Shown here: positions 26,328 through 35,474 of the stretch, piece by piece
How the letters are laid out: the number at the start of each line of letters is the position of its first letter
Position numbering within the stretch: position 1 is the stretch's first letter
Origin: Flavobacteriaceae bacterium
GTDB taxonomy: Bacteria; Bacteroidota; Bacteroidia; Flavobacteriales; Flavobacteriaceae
Direction of reading: 5' to 3'
NCBI GenBank assembly: GCA_041676345.1
Contig: JBAYSC010000001.1
Coordinates: forward strand, 1-45,625
Length of the DNA: 45,625 nt
The notes under the pieces: model-generated
The model's database searches: none
Seen by the model: the letters and a program-made list of their open reading frames with translations, nothing else
Told to the model about the DNA's origin: nothing
Program-made: the position numbers and the translations under genes

Positions 26328-26903
26328 TTAGTTGGTTTTCTTAAACGTATAAATAGCGTGAGGAGTTATGCAGTAATCCAGCGGAATATCACTTTCATAA
26401 ACATCTTCAATTTCGTTTTCGGGATCAAAGAATGACAGCCCGATTTTCAAAACATCACTTCTGCATTCTGAGAGAAAGTTGTCATAAAATCCTTTTCCGT
26501 AGCCCACACGGTTTCCGTGAGTGTCATAAGCTAAAAGCGGAATAAAAACCACATCTATTTTTTCTACAGAGATATGTTCTCCACTCACGGGTTCGGGAAT
26601 ATTGTATTTGTTTTTTTTGATTTTGGTGGTTTCAGAAAGCAAAAAATGACTCATTTTTCGGTTGGTGAAATCGGTTTTTGAAATGACAATTTCTTTGTCT
26701 TTACCCATCAAAAGATTCAGAATATACTCCGTGTTGACTTCGTTTTGCTCAGCAATCGGGAGGAAGAGGTGATAAAAAGTATTGTCCCAAATCTCGATTT
26801 GCAACAGCTGATTGGCTATAGCAAGGCTCTTGTTTTGTTTTTCCTGCTCAGAGAGTTTGGTTCGCAATTTTTTATAATAGATACGGAGTTGGTTTTTAGT
26901 CAT
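26328..26903 (-). CDS. 5-formyltetrahydrofolate cyclo-ligase
   Basis: IPEP, IDVVFIPLLAYD, GNRVGYGKGFYD and DIPLDYCITP. Confidence 0.93.
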   Translation of the reverse strand: MTKNQLRIYYKKLRTKLSEQEKQNKSLAIANQLLQIEIWDNTFYHLFLPIAEQNEVNTEYILNLLMGKDKEIVISKTDFTNRKMSHFLLSETTKIKKNKYNIPEPVSGEHISVEKIDVVFIPLLAYDTHGNRVGYGKGFYDNFLSECRSDVLKIGLSFFDPENEIEDVYESDIPLDYCITPHAIYTFKKTN

Positions 26904-26961
26904 TTTGCTTGGGGAATTTTTCCTACTTTTGCAAAGTTAAAAAAGTTTAGGGTATAGCAAT

Positions 26962-26990
26962 TCCTAAATCCTAAATCCTAAATCCCAAAT
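26962..26990. repeat. Heptamer tandem repeat (TCCTAAA)x3 plus a variant, upstream of lspA
   Basis: TCCTAAA TCCTAAA TCCTAAA TCCCAAA T. Confidence 0.8.
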
Positions 26991-26996
26991 TGAAGA

Positions 26997-27599
26997 ATGA
27001 CTTTAAAAAAAGCCTATATCCTGATATTTTTGGTACTGCTGATAGACCAGATTACAAAAATTTACATCAAAACTCACTTTAAATTGGAGGATACTATTCC
27101 GGTTTTTGAATGGTTTGAAATCCGATTTGTGGAAAATGACGGAATGGCGTGGGGAATGACCCTGCCAACAGAATACGGGAAATTGATTCTTACACTTTTC
27201 CGTATCGGAGCCGTTATCGGAATCGGGTATTGGCTTTGGGACAGCATTCGCAAAAAAGCCTCCAATTACCTGATTACAGCCATTGCACTTATTTTGGCAG
27301 GAGCTGTAGGCAATATCATCGACTCGGTTTTTTACGGAGTTATTTTTAATCATTCTTATGGTCAGGTCGCTACTATTTTCTCTGATGAGGCATACGGAAC
27401 CTGGCTTCACGGTTATGTGGTCGATATGATTTATTTCCCGATTTGGAAAGGAAATCTTCCCGAATGGCTGCCGTTTGTGGGAGGGAACTATTTTAGCTTC
27501 TTTAATGCCGTTTTCAATATTGCAGATATGGCTATTAGCACGGGTGTGGGAATTCTGATTGTTTTCAACAAAAGGGCTTTTAAAGAAAAAACTTCATAG
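26997..27599 (+). CDS. lspA: Lipoprotein signal peptidase
   Basis: DQITK, ENDGMAWG, GAVGNIID, VVDM and FNIADMAI. Confidence 0.95.
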   Translation: MTLKKAYILIFLVLLIDQITKIYIKTHFKLEDTIPVFEWFEIRFVENDGMAWGMTLPTEYGKLILTLFRIGAVIGIGYWLWDSIRKKASNYLITAIALILAGAVGNIIDSVFYGVIFNHSYGQVATIFSDEAYGTWLHGYVVDMIYFPIWKGNLPEWLPFVGGNYFSFFNAVFNIADMAISTGVGILIVFNKRAFKEKTS

Positions 27600-27610
27600 G
27601 TTGTAAGGCT

Positions 27611-28180
27611 ATGAAAAGCATACTTTTATTAGACAATTACGACAGTTTTACGTATAATCTGGCTCATTACCTGGAGAGTTTCGGAGTGAAAACGGAGGTT
27701 TTTCGCAATGACGAAATAGATATAGAAGACGTCAAACACTTCGATAAAATCGTACTTTCTCCCGGCCCGGGAATTCCAGATGAAGCCGGAATTTTAAAAC
27801 CGCTTATCAAAAAATATGCTTCCACAAAGAGCATTTTAGGAATTTGTCTGGGGCAACAAGCCATTACAGAGGTTTTCGGAGGGAGTCTTATCCGATTAAA
27901 TCAGGTCGTTCACGGAGTCGCTACGCCTATAAATATTACGGTTTCTGATGAGGTTTTATATAAAGATTTACCTTCTACTTTTGAGGTAGGCAGATATCAT
28001 TCTTGGGTGGTGAATCCACAGAATCTTCCCGAAACTCTTGAAGTTACTGCTTTAGACAATAATGGAAATATAATGTCGTTAAGACATAAAACCTTTGATG
28101 TAAGAGCGGTGCAGTTTCACCCGGAATCAATTATGACCCCTTTCGGGAAAAAGATGCTCGGGAATTGGTTGGAAAAATAA
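27611..28180 (+). CDS. Anthranilate/aminodeoxychorismate synthase glutamine amidotransferase component (TrpG/PabA type)
   Basis: DNYDSFTYNL, SPGPG, GICLG, RYHS and QFHPES. Confidence 0.93.
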   Translation: MKSILLLDNYDSFTYNLAHYLESFGVKTEVFRNDEIDIEDVKHFDKIVLSPGPGIPDEAGILKPLIKKYASTKSILGICLGQQAITEVFGGSLIRLNQVVHGVATPINITVSDEVLYKDLPSTFEVGRYHSWVVNPQNLPETLEVTALDNNGNIMSLRHKTFDVRAVQFHPESIMTPFGKKMLGNWLEK

Positions 28181-28187
28181 ATAGAAG

Positions 28188-29108
28188 ATGAAAAAGATTG
28201 TTATTGCAGGCGGCAGCGGTTTTATAGGCGGGTATCTTTCCCGCTATTTTTCTGAAAAAGGTTGTGAGGTTGTGATTCTCACAAGGCGAAAAACAGGAAC
28301 CAAAAACAACGTCCGTTACGTAGGATGGAATACCAAAAAAGTAGGAAGCTGGAGAAGTGAACTCGAAGGTGCTTTTATGCTTATTAACCTTTCGGGAAAA
28401 ACGGTAGCGGTTCGGCACAACGAAAGCAACAAAAAAGAAATTCTCGATTCCCGAATCAACAGCACACAAATTCTCAATCAGGCGGTTTCGGAATGTGAAG
28501 ACCCACCTCAGTTCTGGTTTAATGCTTCGGGAGCGACTATTTATAAAACCTCTTTTCACAGAAAAAGAGACGAGTATTATACCAAAACCGAAAAGGAATT
28601 TCTTACCGATGTAATTCGGGCATGGGAGTCAGAATTTTTCAAAGTTTCGATTCCGAAAGTTACAAAAATTGCTTTGCGGACTTCGGTAGTTATGGGAAAA
28701 TCAGGCGAAACCTATGAGAAACTCACCAAACTTGCCAGACTCGGTTTAGGTGGAAAACAAGGCAGCGGAAAGCAAGTAATGAGTTGGATACACATCGAAG
28801 ATTTTGCCCGAATTATTGAATTCTGCACTGAAAAAAACTTAGACGGAGTCATCAATATGGCAAGCCCGAATCCTGTGAGAAATGCAGAACTGATGAAAGC
28901 TTTCCGGGAAGTGAATAACATTCGTTTCGGACTCCCAACACCTGAATGGCTTTTGAAAATCGGAGGAAAAATCATCGGTATAGAACCCGATTTTGTATTG
29001 AAAAGTTATAATGTAGTTTCCAAAAGGCTTCCCGAAAACGGCTTTGAATATAAATATCCGACACTTAAAGAGGCACTGCTTTCTTTGAGAGACGAAAAAT
29101 TGAAATAG
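28188..29108 (+). CDS. TIGR01777-family NAD-dependent epimerase-like protein
   Basis: IAGGSGFIG, INLSG, DSRINST, GSGKQVMSWIHIED and NPVRNAELM. Confidence 0.88.
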   Translation: MKKIVIAGGSGFIGGYLSRYFSEKGCEVVILTRRKTGTKNNVRYVGWNTKKVGSWRSELEGAFMLINLSGKTVAVRHNESNKKEILDSRINSTQILNQAVSECEDPPQFWFNASGATIYKTSFHRKRDEYYTKTEKEFLTDVIRAWESEFFKVSIPKVTKIALRTSVVMGKSGETYEKLTKLARLGLGGKQGSGKQVMSWIHIEDFARIIEFCTEKNLDGVINMASPNPVRNAELMKAFREVNNIRFGLPTPEWLLKIGGKIIGIEPDFVLKSYNVVSKRLPENGFEYKYPTLKEALLSLRDEKLK

Positions 29109-29113
29109 AACTT

Positions 29114-29770
29114 TTATCGTTTTACCCCCAAATAAGCCAAATCACCTGCATCACCCAATCCGGGGACGATATATTTTTTGTCGTTCAGCTTTTCATCGAG
29201 GGAGGCAATCCAGAGATGACAGCTTTCGGGAAGGTTTTTCTGAAGGTAATCGACACCTTCGGGGGCTGCAATAACGGCTGCGATGTGAATTTCTTTGGGG
29301 TTTTCTTTTCGGATAAGTTTATCAAAAACAGCTACCAACGACTGTCCTGTGGCAAGCATCGGGTCAACTAAGAGTAAAACTTTATTCTCTATATTGGGTA
29401 TCGCCTGATATTCTACCCTGATTTCAAAATCATCATCCTGATTCGGGTGGAAGCGATAGGCCGAAACAAAACCGTTTTCGGCAAAGTCAAAATAGTTCAG
29501 AAAACCCTGATGCAAAGCCAGCCCTGCCCTTAGAACAGAACATACGACAAGAGTATCTTTCAGCTCAAAAGAACTTTTTATGCCTAAAGGAGTCGTAATG
29601 TTTACGGGAGAAAAAGCCAGATTTTTACTGATTTCATAAGCCATAATCTCTCCGATTCGCTCTATATTCCTGCGAAATCGCATACTGTCTTGCTGGATGT
29701 TGACATCCCGGATTTCAGAAAGGAAGTGGTTCAAAATGCTGTTTTGCTCAGAAAGGAAGTGAAGTTGCAT
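29114..29770 (-). CDS. upp: Uracil phosphoribosyltransferase
   Basis: SVLRAG, DPMLATGQS and YIVPGLGDAGD. Confidence 0.96.
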   Translation of the reverse strand: MQLHFLSEQNSILNHFLSEIRDVNIQQDSMRFRRNIERIGEIMAYEISKNLAFSPVNITTPLGIKSSFELKDTLVVCSVLRAGLALHQGFLNYFDFAENGFVSAYRFHPNQDDDFEIRVEYQAIPNIENKVLLLVDPMLATGQSLVAVFDKLIRKENPKEIHIAAVIAAPEGVDYLQKNLPESCHLWIASLDEKLNDKKYIVPGLGDAGDLAYLGVKR

Positions 29771-29833
29771 AAAAATAATATTAGTTTGATAAAGGTATAA
29801 AAACTATCTTTGTAAGCACAAATTTAAAAAATT

Positions 29834-30433
29834 ATGTTTTCAAAATTAGCTTTTTCCGTTTTTGAGGAATCTATCAGAGATTATCACGAGTTTGATGACG
29901 TAAACCAGCCTATTGAAAACCCCTATCCGAAAGAAAAAATCGAACATTTATTGTATCTGAAAAATTGGATAGACACGGTGCAATGGCATTATGAAGATAT
30001 TATCAGGGACCCGAATATCGACCCGGTTGAGGCTCTGAAGCTCAAGCGAAAAATTGATGCTTCCAATCAGGAACGAACCGATATGGTGGAATATATCGAC
30101 AGTTATTTCCTTAGCAAATACAAAGATGTTCAGGTAAAACCGGGAGCTAAAATCAACTCCGAAAGTCCGGCTTGGGCAGTGGATAGATTTTCGATTTTGG
30201 CTTTGAAAATTTACCACATGAACATCGAAGCTACTCGTGAAGATGCCTCTGCAGAGCACCGTGCTAAAAGTCAGGAAAAACTCAACGTATTGTTGGAACA
30301 GAAAAAAGACCTTTCTACAGCGATTGACGATTTACTCTCTGATATCGAGCAAGGAAACAAGTTTATGAAAGTCTATAAACAGATGAAAATGTATAATGAC
30401 GAAGAACTGAATCCGGTTTTGTATAAAAAATAA
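29834..30433 (+). CDS. DUF4254-family protein
   Basis: WIDTVQWHYEDIIR, IDASNQERTD, ESPAWAVDRFSILALKIYHM and YKQMKMYND; divergent from upp as in other Bacteroidota. Confidence 0.85.
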   Translation: MFSKLAFSVFEESIRDYHEFDDVNQPIENPYPKEKIEHLLYLKNWIDTVQWHYEDIIRDPNIDPVEALKLKRKIDASNQERTDMVEYIDSYFLSKYKDVQVKPGAKINSESPAWAVDRFSILALKIYHMNIEATREDASAEHRAKSQEKLNVLLEQKKDLSTAIDDLLSDIEQGNKFMKVYKQMKMYNDEELNPVLYKK

Positions 30434-30440
30434 ACGTTTT

Positions 30441-30477
30441 TTTGTTTACGTAAAATAATGTCGTACATTTGTACGAC
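30441..30477 (+). promoter_or_regulatory. Putative Bacteroidota promoter overlapped by a palindrome
   Basis: TTTG (30441-30444), 19-nt spacer, TACATTTG (30464-30471). The palindrome GTCGTACA-TT-TGTACGAC (30460-30477) covers the -7 box. Confidence 0.65.
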
Positions 30478-30485
30478 TATATAAT

Positions 30486-30565
30486 GTCCAATGAGCGGTT
30501 TTGTCAGCTTTAGACTTGGTTTCTAAAGCTTTGATAGTGACAAAGGCTGACTTTGGACTTTTTTT
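30486..30565 (+). ncRNA. Candidate structured leader RNA upstream of the NYN gene
   Basis: Nested stems GTCCAA/TTGGAC, AGC/GCT, TTTGTCA/TGACAAA and AGCTTTAGA/TCTAAAGCT, followed by T7. Confidence 0.5.
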
Positions 30566-30577
30566 ATTCCTACTGCT

Positions 30578-31291
30578 ATGAGAACAGCTATTTTGATTGA
30601 TGGAGGTTTTTTTATACGGAGATATAAATATATACAGGGCTATGAAAGCTCTGATTCTCCCGAAGTGGTCGCTAAAAATATTGTTTCCTATTGTTTCAGA
30701 CATATTCAAAGAATAAACAATTATAGGGAAAAATATAATCTTCCCCCAACGGAACTATACAGGATTTTTTATTATGATGCCGAACCATTTGACGGAGATT
30801 CTAAAAACCCTATTACCGGAAAATCAATAAGTTTTAAAAAAACCGATTTGTATAAATTCAGACATACATTATTTTCGGAATTAAAAAAACAACGGAAAAT
30901 AGCATTACGGCTGGGTTTTCTTAAAAACAGCTCCAAAGAATGGCAGATAAAATCCCGTCATACTGTTCCTTTGCTAAAAGGAGAAATAACAATAGCTGAT
31001 TTAAGACTTGATGATATAGAGTTTCCTCTGAGTCAAAAGGGAGTAGATATGAAAGTCGGGTTAGATATTGCCACCTTGTCATTTAAAGAGCAGGTACAAC
31101 AAATAATACTGATAGCGGGAGACAGTGATTTTGTTCCTGCAGCAAAATTTGCACGAAGAGAAGGAGTTGACTTTATTCTTGACCCGATGATGAATAACAT
31201 TGACCCCTCGCTACACGAGCATATAGACGGTTTAATGACCATCAAAAATATGCAGAAAAAAGACAATAATTTACCAAACGAATTACCTTGA
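30578..31291 (+). CDS. NYN-domain (LabA/DUF88, PIN-like) putative RNase
   Basis: AILIDGGF, RIFYYDA, QKGVDMKVGLD, IAGDSDFVPA, REG and EHIDG. Confidence 0.9.
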   Translation: MRTAILIDGGFFIRRYKYIQGYESSDSPEVVAKNIVSYCFRHIQRINNYREKYNLPPTELYRIFYYDAEPFDGDSKNPITGKSISFKKTDLYKFRHTLFSELKKQRKIALRLGFLKNSSKEWQIKSRHTVPLLKGEITIADLRLDDIEFPLSQKGVDMKVGLDIATLSFKEQVQQIILIAGDSDFVPAAKFARREGVDFILDPMMNNIDPSLHEHIDGLMTIKNMQKKDNNLPNELP

Positions 31292-32304
31292 TAAAACAAC
31301 CTCACATTCTCGTCATACGGCTTTCTGCAATGGGTGATGTGGCTATGACTGTGCCTGTCATCAGGAGCTTGGTTGAGCAAAATGATGTTCGGGTTACGGT
31401 AGTTTCACGTCCGTTTTTTGAACCTTTTTTTAAGGATATAAAAAATGTAGATTTCTTTCCGGTTGATTTACAAAACAGACATAAAGGATTTTTCGGTCTT
31501 TACAGGCTTTTTCAGGATTTAAAGAAGCTGAAAGTTGACTATATTGCAGACCTGCACAACGTTCTGCGGTCAAAAATTGTGGGTGTTTTTTTTGCGTTCT
31601 CAGGTAAAAAAACAGTCGTTTTAGACAAAGGCAGAAAAGAAAAAAAAGCACTTACCCGGGCCGAAAACAAGGTGTTGAAACCGCTTAAACCGATGCACCA
31701 ACGCTATGCAGCTGTTTTTGAAAAACTGGGTTTTGCGGTAGATTTGTCGAAAAATAATTTTGTCAAAAATCAAAAACCGAGTGCGGAAATTCAGCAAAAA
31801 AAAGGAGAGTTTTTTCAAAAAAACATCGGAATCGCCCCTTTTGCCCAATATGACACCAAAACCTATCCGCTTGATTTAATGCAGCAGGTCATTGATAAAC
31901 TTTCTGAAAATCAGGAAAATAAAATTTTTCTTTTCGGAGGAAAAACCGATTTACCCAGCTTCAAAAAACTCCAAAACAACCACCAGAATGTTGTGATTAC
32001 TACAGGGAAACTCTCGTTTGAACAAGAATTACAACTCATTTCTCACCTCGATGTGATGCTCTCTATGGATAGCGGAAATGCTCATATTGCTGCTATGTAT
32101 GGGGTGAAAACCATCGTGCTTTTCGGAGCAACCCATCCGTTTTTGGGCTTTATGCCTTTTGGGCAACCCTTTGAAAATGCGATACTTCCGGATTTGAAAA
32201 AATACCCGAAACTCCCTACTTCGGTTTACGGAAACAAAAGGGTTGAAGGCTATCAGGATGTGATGAGAAGCATCAGTCCCGAGGTGATAATTTCAAAAAT
32301 TTAA
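31288..32304 (+). CDS. Glycosyltransferase family 9 (heptosyltransferase-like)
   Basis: IRLSAMGDV, DLH and SMDSGNAHIAA; its TTG start overlaps the NYN stop. Confidence 0.9.
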   Translation: MIKQPHILVIRLSAMGDVAMTVPVIRSLVEQNDVRVTVVSRPFFEPFFKDIKNVDFFPVDLQNRHKGFFGLYRLFQDLKKLKVDYIADLHNVLRSKIVGVFFAFSGKKTVVLDKGRKEKKALTRAENKVLKPLKPMHQRYAAVFEKLGFAVDLSKNNFVKNQKPSAEIQQKKGEFFQKNIGIAPFAQYDTKTYPLDLMQQVIDKLSENQENKIFLFGGKTDLPSFKKLQNNHQNVVITTGKLSFEQELQLISHLDVMLSMDSGNAHIAAMYGVKTIVLFGATHPFLGFMPFGQPFENAILPDLKKYPKLPTSVYGNKRVEGYQDVMRSISPEVIISKI

Positions 32305-32897
32305 CCCAACAGCTCTACTTCTGCATTGGGGTTGAAAAGATAAACTTTTCCGGTAGAAATCTCCTGACATTCGTAGCGTTTGACACGAAGGGCGATTTTC
32401 TTAAAAACTTTTCCGTTATGGATTCTGAAGGTGCTTCCATACGGAATTTCAAAAACGTAATTTTTGTCGGTTTTGGGGTCATATTGTTTGAGAGCCAAGG
32501 CCAAAGTAGTGTCTGTATCGCTGCTGGCTTTCGGGTTTTTGAAATGCCTTGCCAAAAGAGGCAACAACTCTTTAGGAAAAACTTCGGGTCTGATAAAGGG
32601 TATCATCAGCCGTTGAAAAGTATATTTCCATTCGGCTCCGTGGGGAAGAATGTTTTTTCCGAACTTTTCGTAGGCAACCAAATGGGCAATTTCGTGAATC
32701 AGAGTAATGAAAAATCTATATTTATTGACACCTGCATTGACGGTTATCTGATGACCTCCGCCTGGCAGTTTTCGGTAATCTCCGTGTCGGGTTACTCTCT
32801 GGTTGACAATTTTCAGATGTACTTTGTGCTGTTTGATAAGCTCAAAAGCTGCATCTAAGGCAAATTCGGGAACATAGGGAGCAAGGAGGTGTTTCAT
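32301..32897 (-). CDS. SprT-like zinc metalloprotease-domain protein
   Basis: RVTRHGDY, TLIHEIAH and PHGAEWK. Confidence 0.9.
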   Translation of the reverse strand: MKHLLAPYVPEFALDAAFELIKQHKVHLKIVNQRVTRHGDYRKLPGGGHQITVNAGVNKYRFFITLIHEIAHLVAYEKFGKNILPHGAEWKYTFQRLMIPFIRPEVFPKELLPLLARHFKNPKASSDTDTTLALALKQYDPKTDKNYVFEIPYGSTFRIHNGKVFKKIALRVKRYECQEISTGKVYLFNPNAEVELLG

Positions 32898-32947
32898 TGA
32901 GATTATTCAGAAATTTCCAAGTTAAAATAGGTTGCTAAATTATTCCA

Positions 32948-33721
32948 TTAGATAACATTCATATTACCATCTACGTTATCTTTTTTCAGCGAAACTTTTT
33001 GAGTTCCGAAAACCGGAATAAGATACTTTGGAGGATTTTCACTGGGCATCACATCTGTTTTTTGTAATAATGCCATAGCTTTAAACCACAAATCGTCTGC
33101 TTTGGGAGCTAATTTCAAAAACAATTCACTATCAGTTACAGTTGGGTGTAATGCTCTTGGAGGATACCAAACTCCACCTGCTCCAATAGCCAGATTGGCT
33201 TTGATATTTTTTGGGTTTTTATACTTCCAATTCTTGTAATCCAATAAATTTTTATCTGAATCATAAGCAATTTGTCGAACCTGATGAGCGACAACACTTT
33301 TCGGATTTTTCAGATGAGCTTCATAAAGACTTTCCAACCATTTTTTGTCATATATAAAGTCATCATCAGAAGTTACGATATGCTCTGTTGGGAAAAGCTC
33401 TAACGAATGCACCAGTTTTTTATGGGAACAGGTATGAGGTGTAAATCGGATTTCAAAAACTTCACTCTCGAGCTCTTTCAGACTTTTTGGAATGAGGGAT
33501 TGGTGATTTTCGTTAAGCCAAAGTACGATTTTCTTTGGAGGACGACTTTGATCCAAAATACTCCGTAAGGTAATGTGTAATTTGCTAAGACGTGACGGAA
33601 TCGAAGTGAGCGATACGATTACCGGAAGAGTATTGTTTTTAGAAGCTGTTAACTTTTCAACTGAGAGCATTTTCAGTCGAAAACTATGATAAGCCGAAAG
33701 TGGAATTTCTTTAAGTTTCAT
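32948..33721 (-). CDS. Putative glycosyltransferase, possibly truncated by a late nonsense codon
   Basis: IVSLTSIPSR, SHKKL, TSDDDFIY, GAGGVWYPP and ADDLWFKAM; the frame continues after the stop to 32903. Confidence 0.8.
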   Translation of the reverse strand: MKLKEIPLSAYHSFRLKMLSVEKLTASKNNTLPVIVSLTSIPSRLSKLHITLRSILDQSRPPKKIVLWLNENHQSLIPKSLKELESEVFEIRFTPHTCSHKKLVHSLELFPTEHIVTSDDDFIYDKKWLESLYEAHLKNPKSVVAHQVRQIAYDSDKNLLDYKNWKYKNPKNIKANLAIGAGGVWYPPRALHPTVTDSELFLKLAPKADDLWFKAMALLQKTDVMPSENPPKYLIPVFGTQKVSLKKDNVDGNMNVI

Positions 33722-33730
33722 TGGGTCGGG

Positions 33731-34489
33731 CTAAGGTTTCAAAAGCTTTTTTATTCGTTTTTTTCTCCAATATTTCTCTTGGAAAGTTTTAGTATAAAAC
33801 CACATTTTCTCAAAAACATCATCAAATTTTTCTCCCGATAATTTTGCATACTCCTCACTCATTATCCTTACCATTTCTTTTTTTGGAGTAAGTCTGGAGA
33901 GGTTTTTCATTCGTTTATTAAAATCCATCTGATGATGAAAATTCATCCGATTCAAATCGACCAGATAAAAATCATAATCTCCGTTTACATTCTTTTGAAT
34001 CAACGTATTTCCGGGAGAATGGTCTTTAAATTCGATTCCGTTTTTGTGGAGTTGATAAGAAAAATGAGTAAACTGCCTGAGTATGTTTTCGTGGTCGGGA
34101 AAATCGGGATTTTCGACCAGTTCTCTATACGTCAAATCTACCTCGAGGTGTTCGCTCACATAATAGCTGTCTGTGAGCCCTACCGAATCAAAATTTTCTA
34201 AAAAAGCGATAGGCTTCGGAGTCCCGATTCCGTTTTTGAGCAGCAGATTGGCAAACTCAAACGAACGTCTGGCTTTTGATTTTCGGAAAAATTTATAGAC
34301 GATTTTATTAAGCAGATTGGGCTTTTTGAAAGCTTTTATGTTGAGTTTTTGTCCGTCAATTTCAAAAACCCGGATTTCGTTTCGCTTTCCCTTTACCAAA
34401 ACCTCACCTTGAGTGTAAAAGTTACCGATAACCGAAGAAATTTTGTCTTTAGAAACCAAAAAATCAGAAACTTCAAAACGAGCTGCCAT
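33731..34489 (-). CDS. Kdo/WaaP-family lipopolysaccharide kinase-like protein
   Basis: SKARRSF, GIGTPKP, LHKNGIEFKDHSPGN and VDLNRM. Confidence 0.85.
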   Translation of the reverse strand: MAARFEVSDFLVSKDKISSVIGNFYTQGEVLVKGKRNEIRVFEIDGQKLNIKAFKKPNLLNKIVYKFFRKSKARRSFEFANLLLKNGIGTPKPIAFLENFDSVGLTDSYYVSEHLEVDLTYRELVENPDFPDHENILRQFTHFSYQLHKNGIEFKDHSPGNTLIQKNVNGDYDFYLVDLNRMNFHHQMDFNKRMKNLSRLTPKKEMVRIMSEEYAKLSGEKFDDVFEKMWFYTKTFQEKYWRKKRIKKLLKP

Positions 34490-34557
34490 ATAAGATATTT
34501 ATTTGGTCAAAAATACAACTTTTATTTTACTACTTTTGGCATAAAAATTTTTCTGTA

Positions 34558-35472
34558 ATGAGTGTTAAGAAATTTTTAATTAAACGTTTATCTTATTTTC
34601 AAAGAGTCAAGAGAAAAAAGCAGGTTATTGACCGTATTGCTCAGTGTGATTCTTTTGAAAATCAAGATATTGTGAATATTCACCGGATAGATGTGAACAA
34701 TGTGGGCGATTATTTTTGTGCTCCGCATCACTATTTTGACAGGCTGAAAGGAAAAGCATTGGATATATACGATTACAAAAAACCCGACCTGAGTGTTACG
34801 GAAAACTTTGTAGAAAAAGTCATTTCGGATGCTTTGATTATAGGTGGTGGCGGGATTTTAAATCGTTCGAGTTTTGAAAATCAGATGAAACTCTTTGAAA
34901 ACATTGCTCAAAAAGGCAAAAAAACAGTGATTTGGGGAGCAGGGCACAACGAAAAAAACCGAAAAAATTTCGGGAAAGTACGTTCTTATAATGTTGATTT
35001 ATCCAAATTCGGGCTGGTGGGAGTTCGGGATTACGATATGGGGCAGCAGTGGGTTCCGTGTGTGAGTTGCTTGCATCCGTTGCTTGACACCAAAGCTCCT
35101 GTTACCAACGAAATCGGACTTGTTTTTCACAAAAAAACACTCAAAAACAAAGCGGTTTTAGAGAAGTTTAAAGACTACCCTTCGACTTCCAACACTACAG
35201 ACATTCACACCATTATAAACTTCATCGCTTCAACCGAAACCATCATTACAGACAGCTATCACGCTATGTATTGGGCTATGTTGATGGAGAAAAAAGTAGT
35301 AGTTTTCCCCAATTCTTCAAAGTTTTACAGTTTTAAATACCAGCCGGTTTTCTCTGATATAAAAAACTTTAAAACCGATTTGTCAAAAGCCCAATCCTAT
35401 TCGGGTATATTGGAAGAATGCAGGGGAATCAACCGAAATTTTGCAGAAAAAGTCTTCGATTATTTAGGGTAA
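34558..35472 (+). CDS. Polysaccharide pyruvyl transferase-family protein
   Basis: NVGD, IIGGGG, WGAG, GVRD and DSYH motifs. Confidence 0.75.
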   Translation: MSVKKFLIKRLSYFQRVKRKKQVIDRIAQCDSFENQDIVNIHRIDVNNVGDYFCAPHHYFDRLKGKALDIYDYKKPDLSVTENFVEKVISDALIIGGGGILNRSSFENQMKLFENIAQKGKKTVIWGAGHNEKNRKNFGKVRSYNVDLSKFGLVGVRDYDMGQQWVPCVSCLHPLLDTKAPVTNEIGLVFHKKTLKNKAVLEKFKDYPSTSNTTDIHTIINFIASTETIITDSYHAMYWAMLMEKKVVVFPNSSKFYSFKYQPVFSDIKNFKTDLSKAQSYSGILEECRGINRNFAEKVFDYLG

Positions 35473-35474
35473 AA

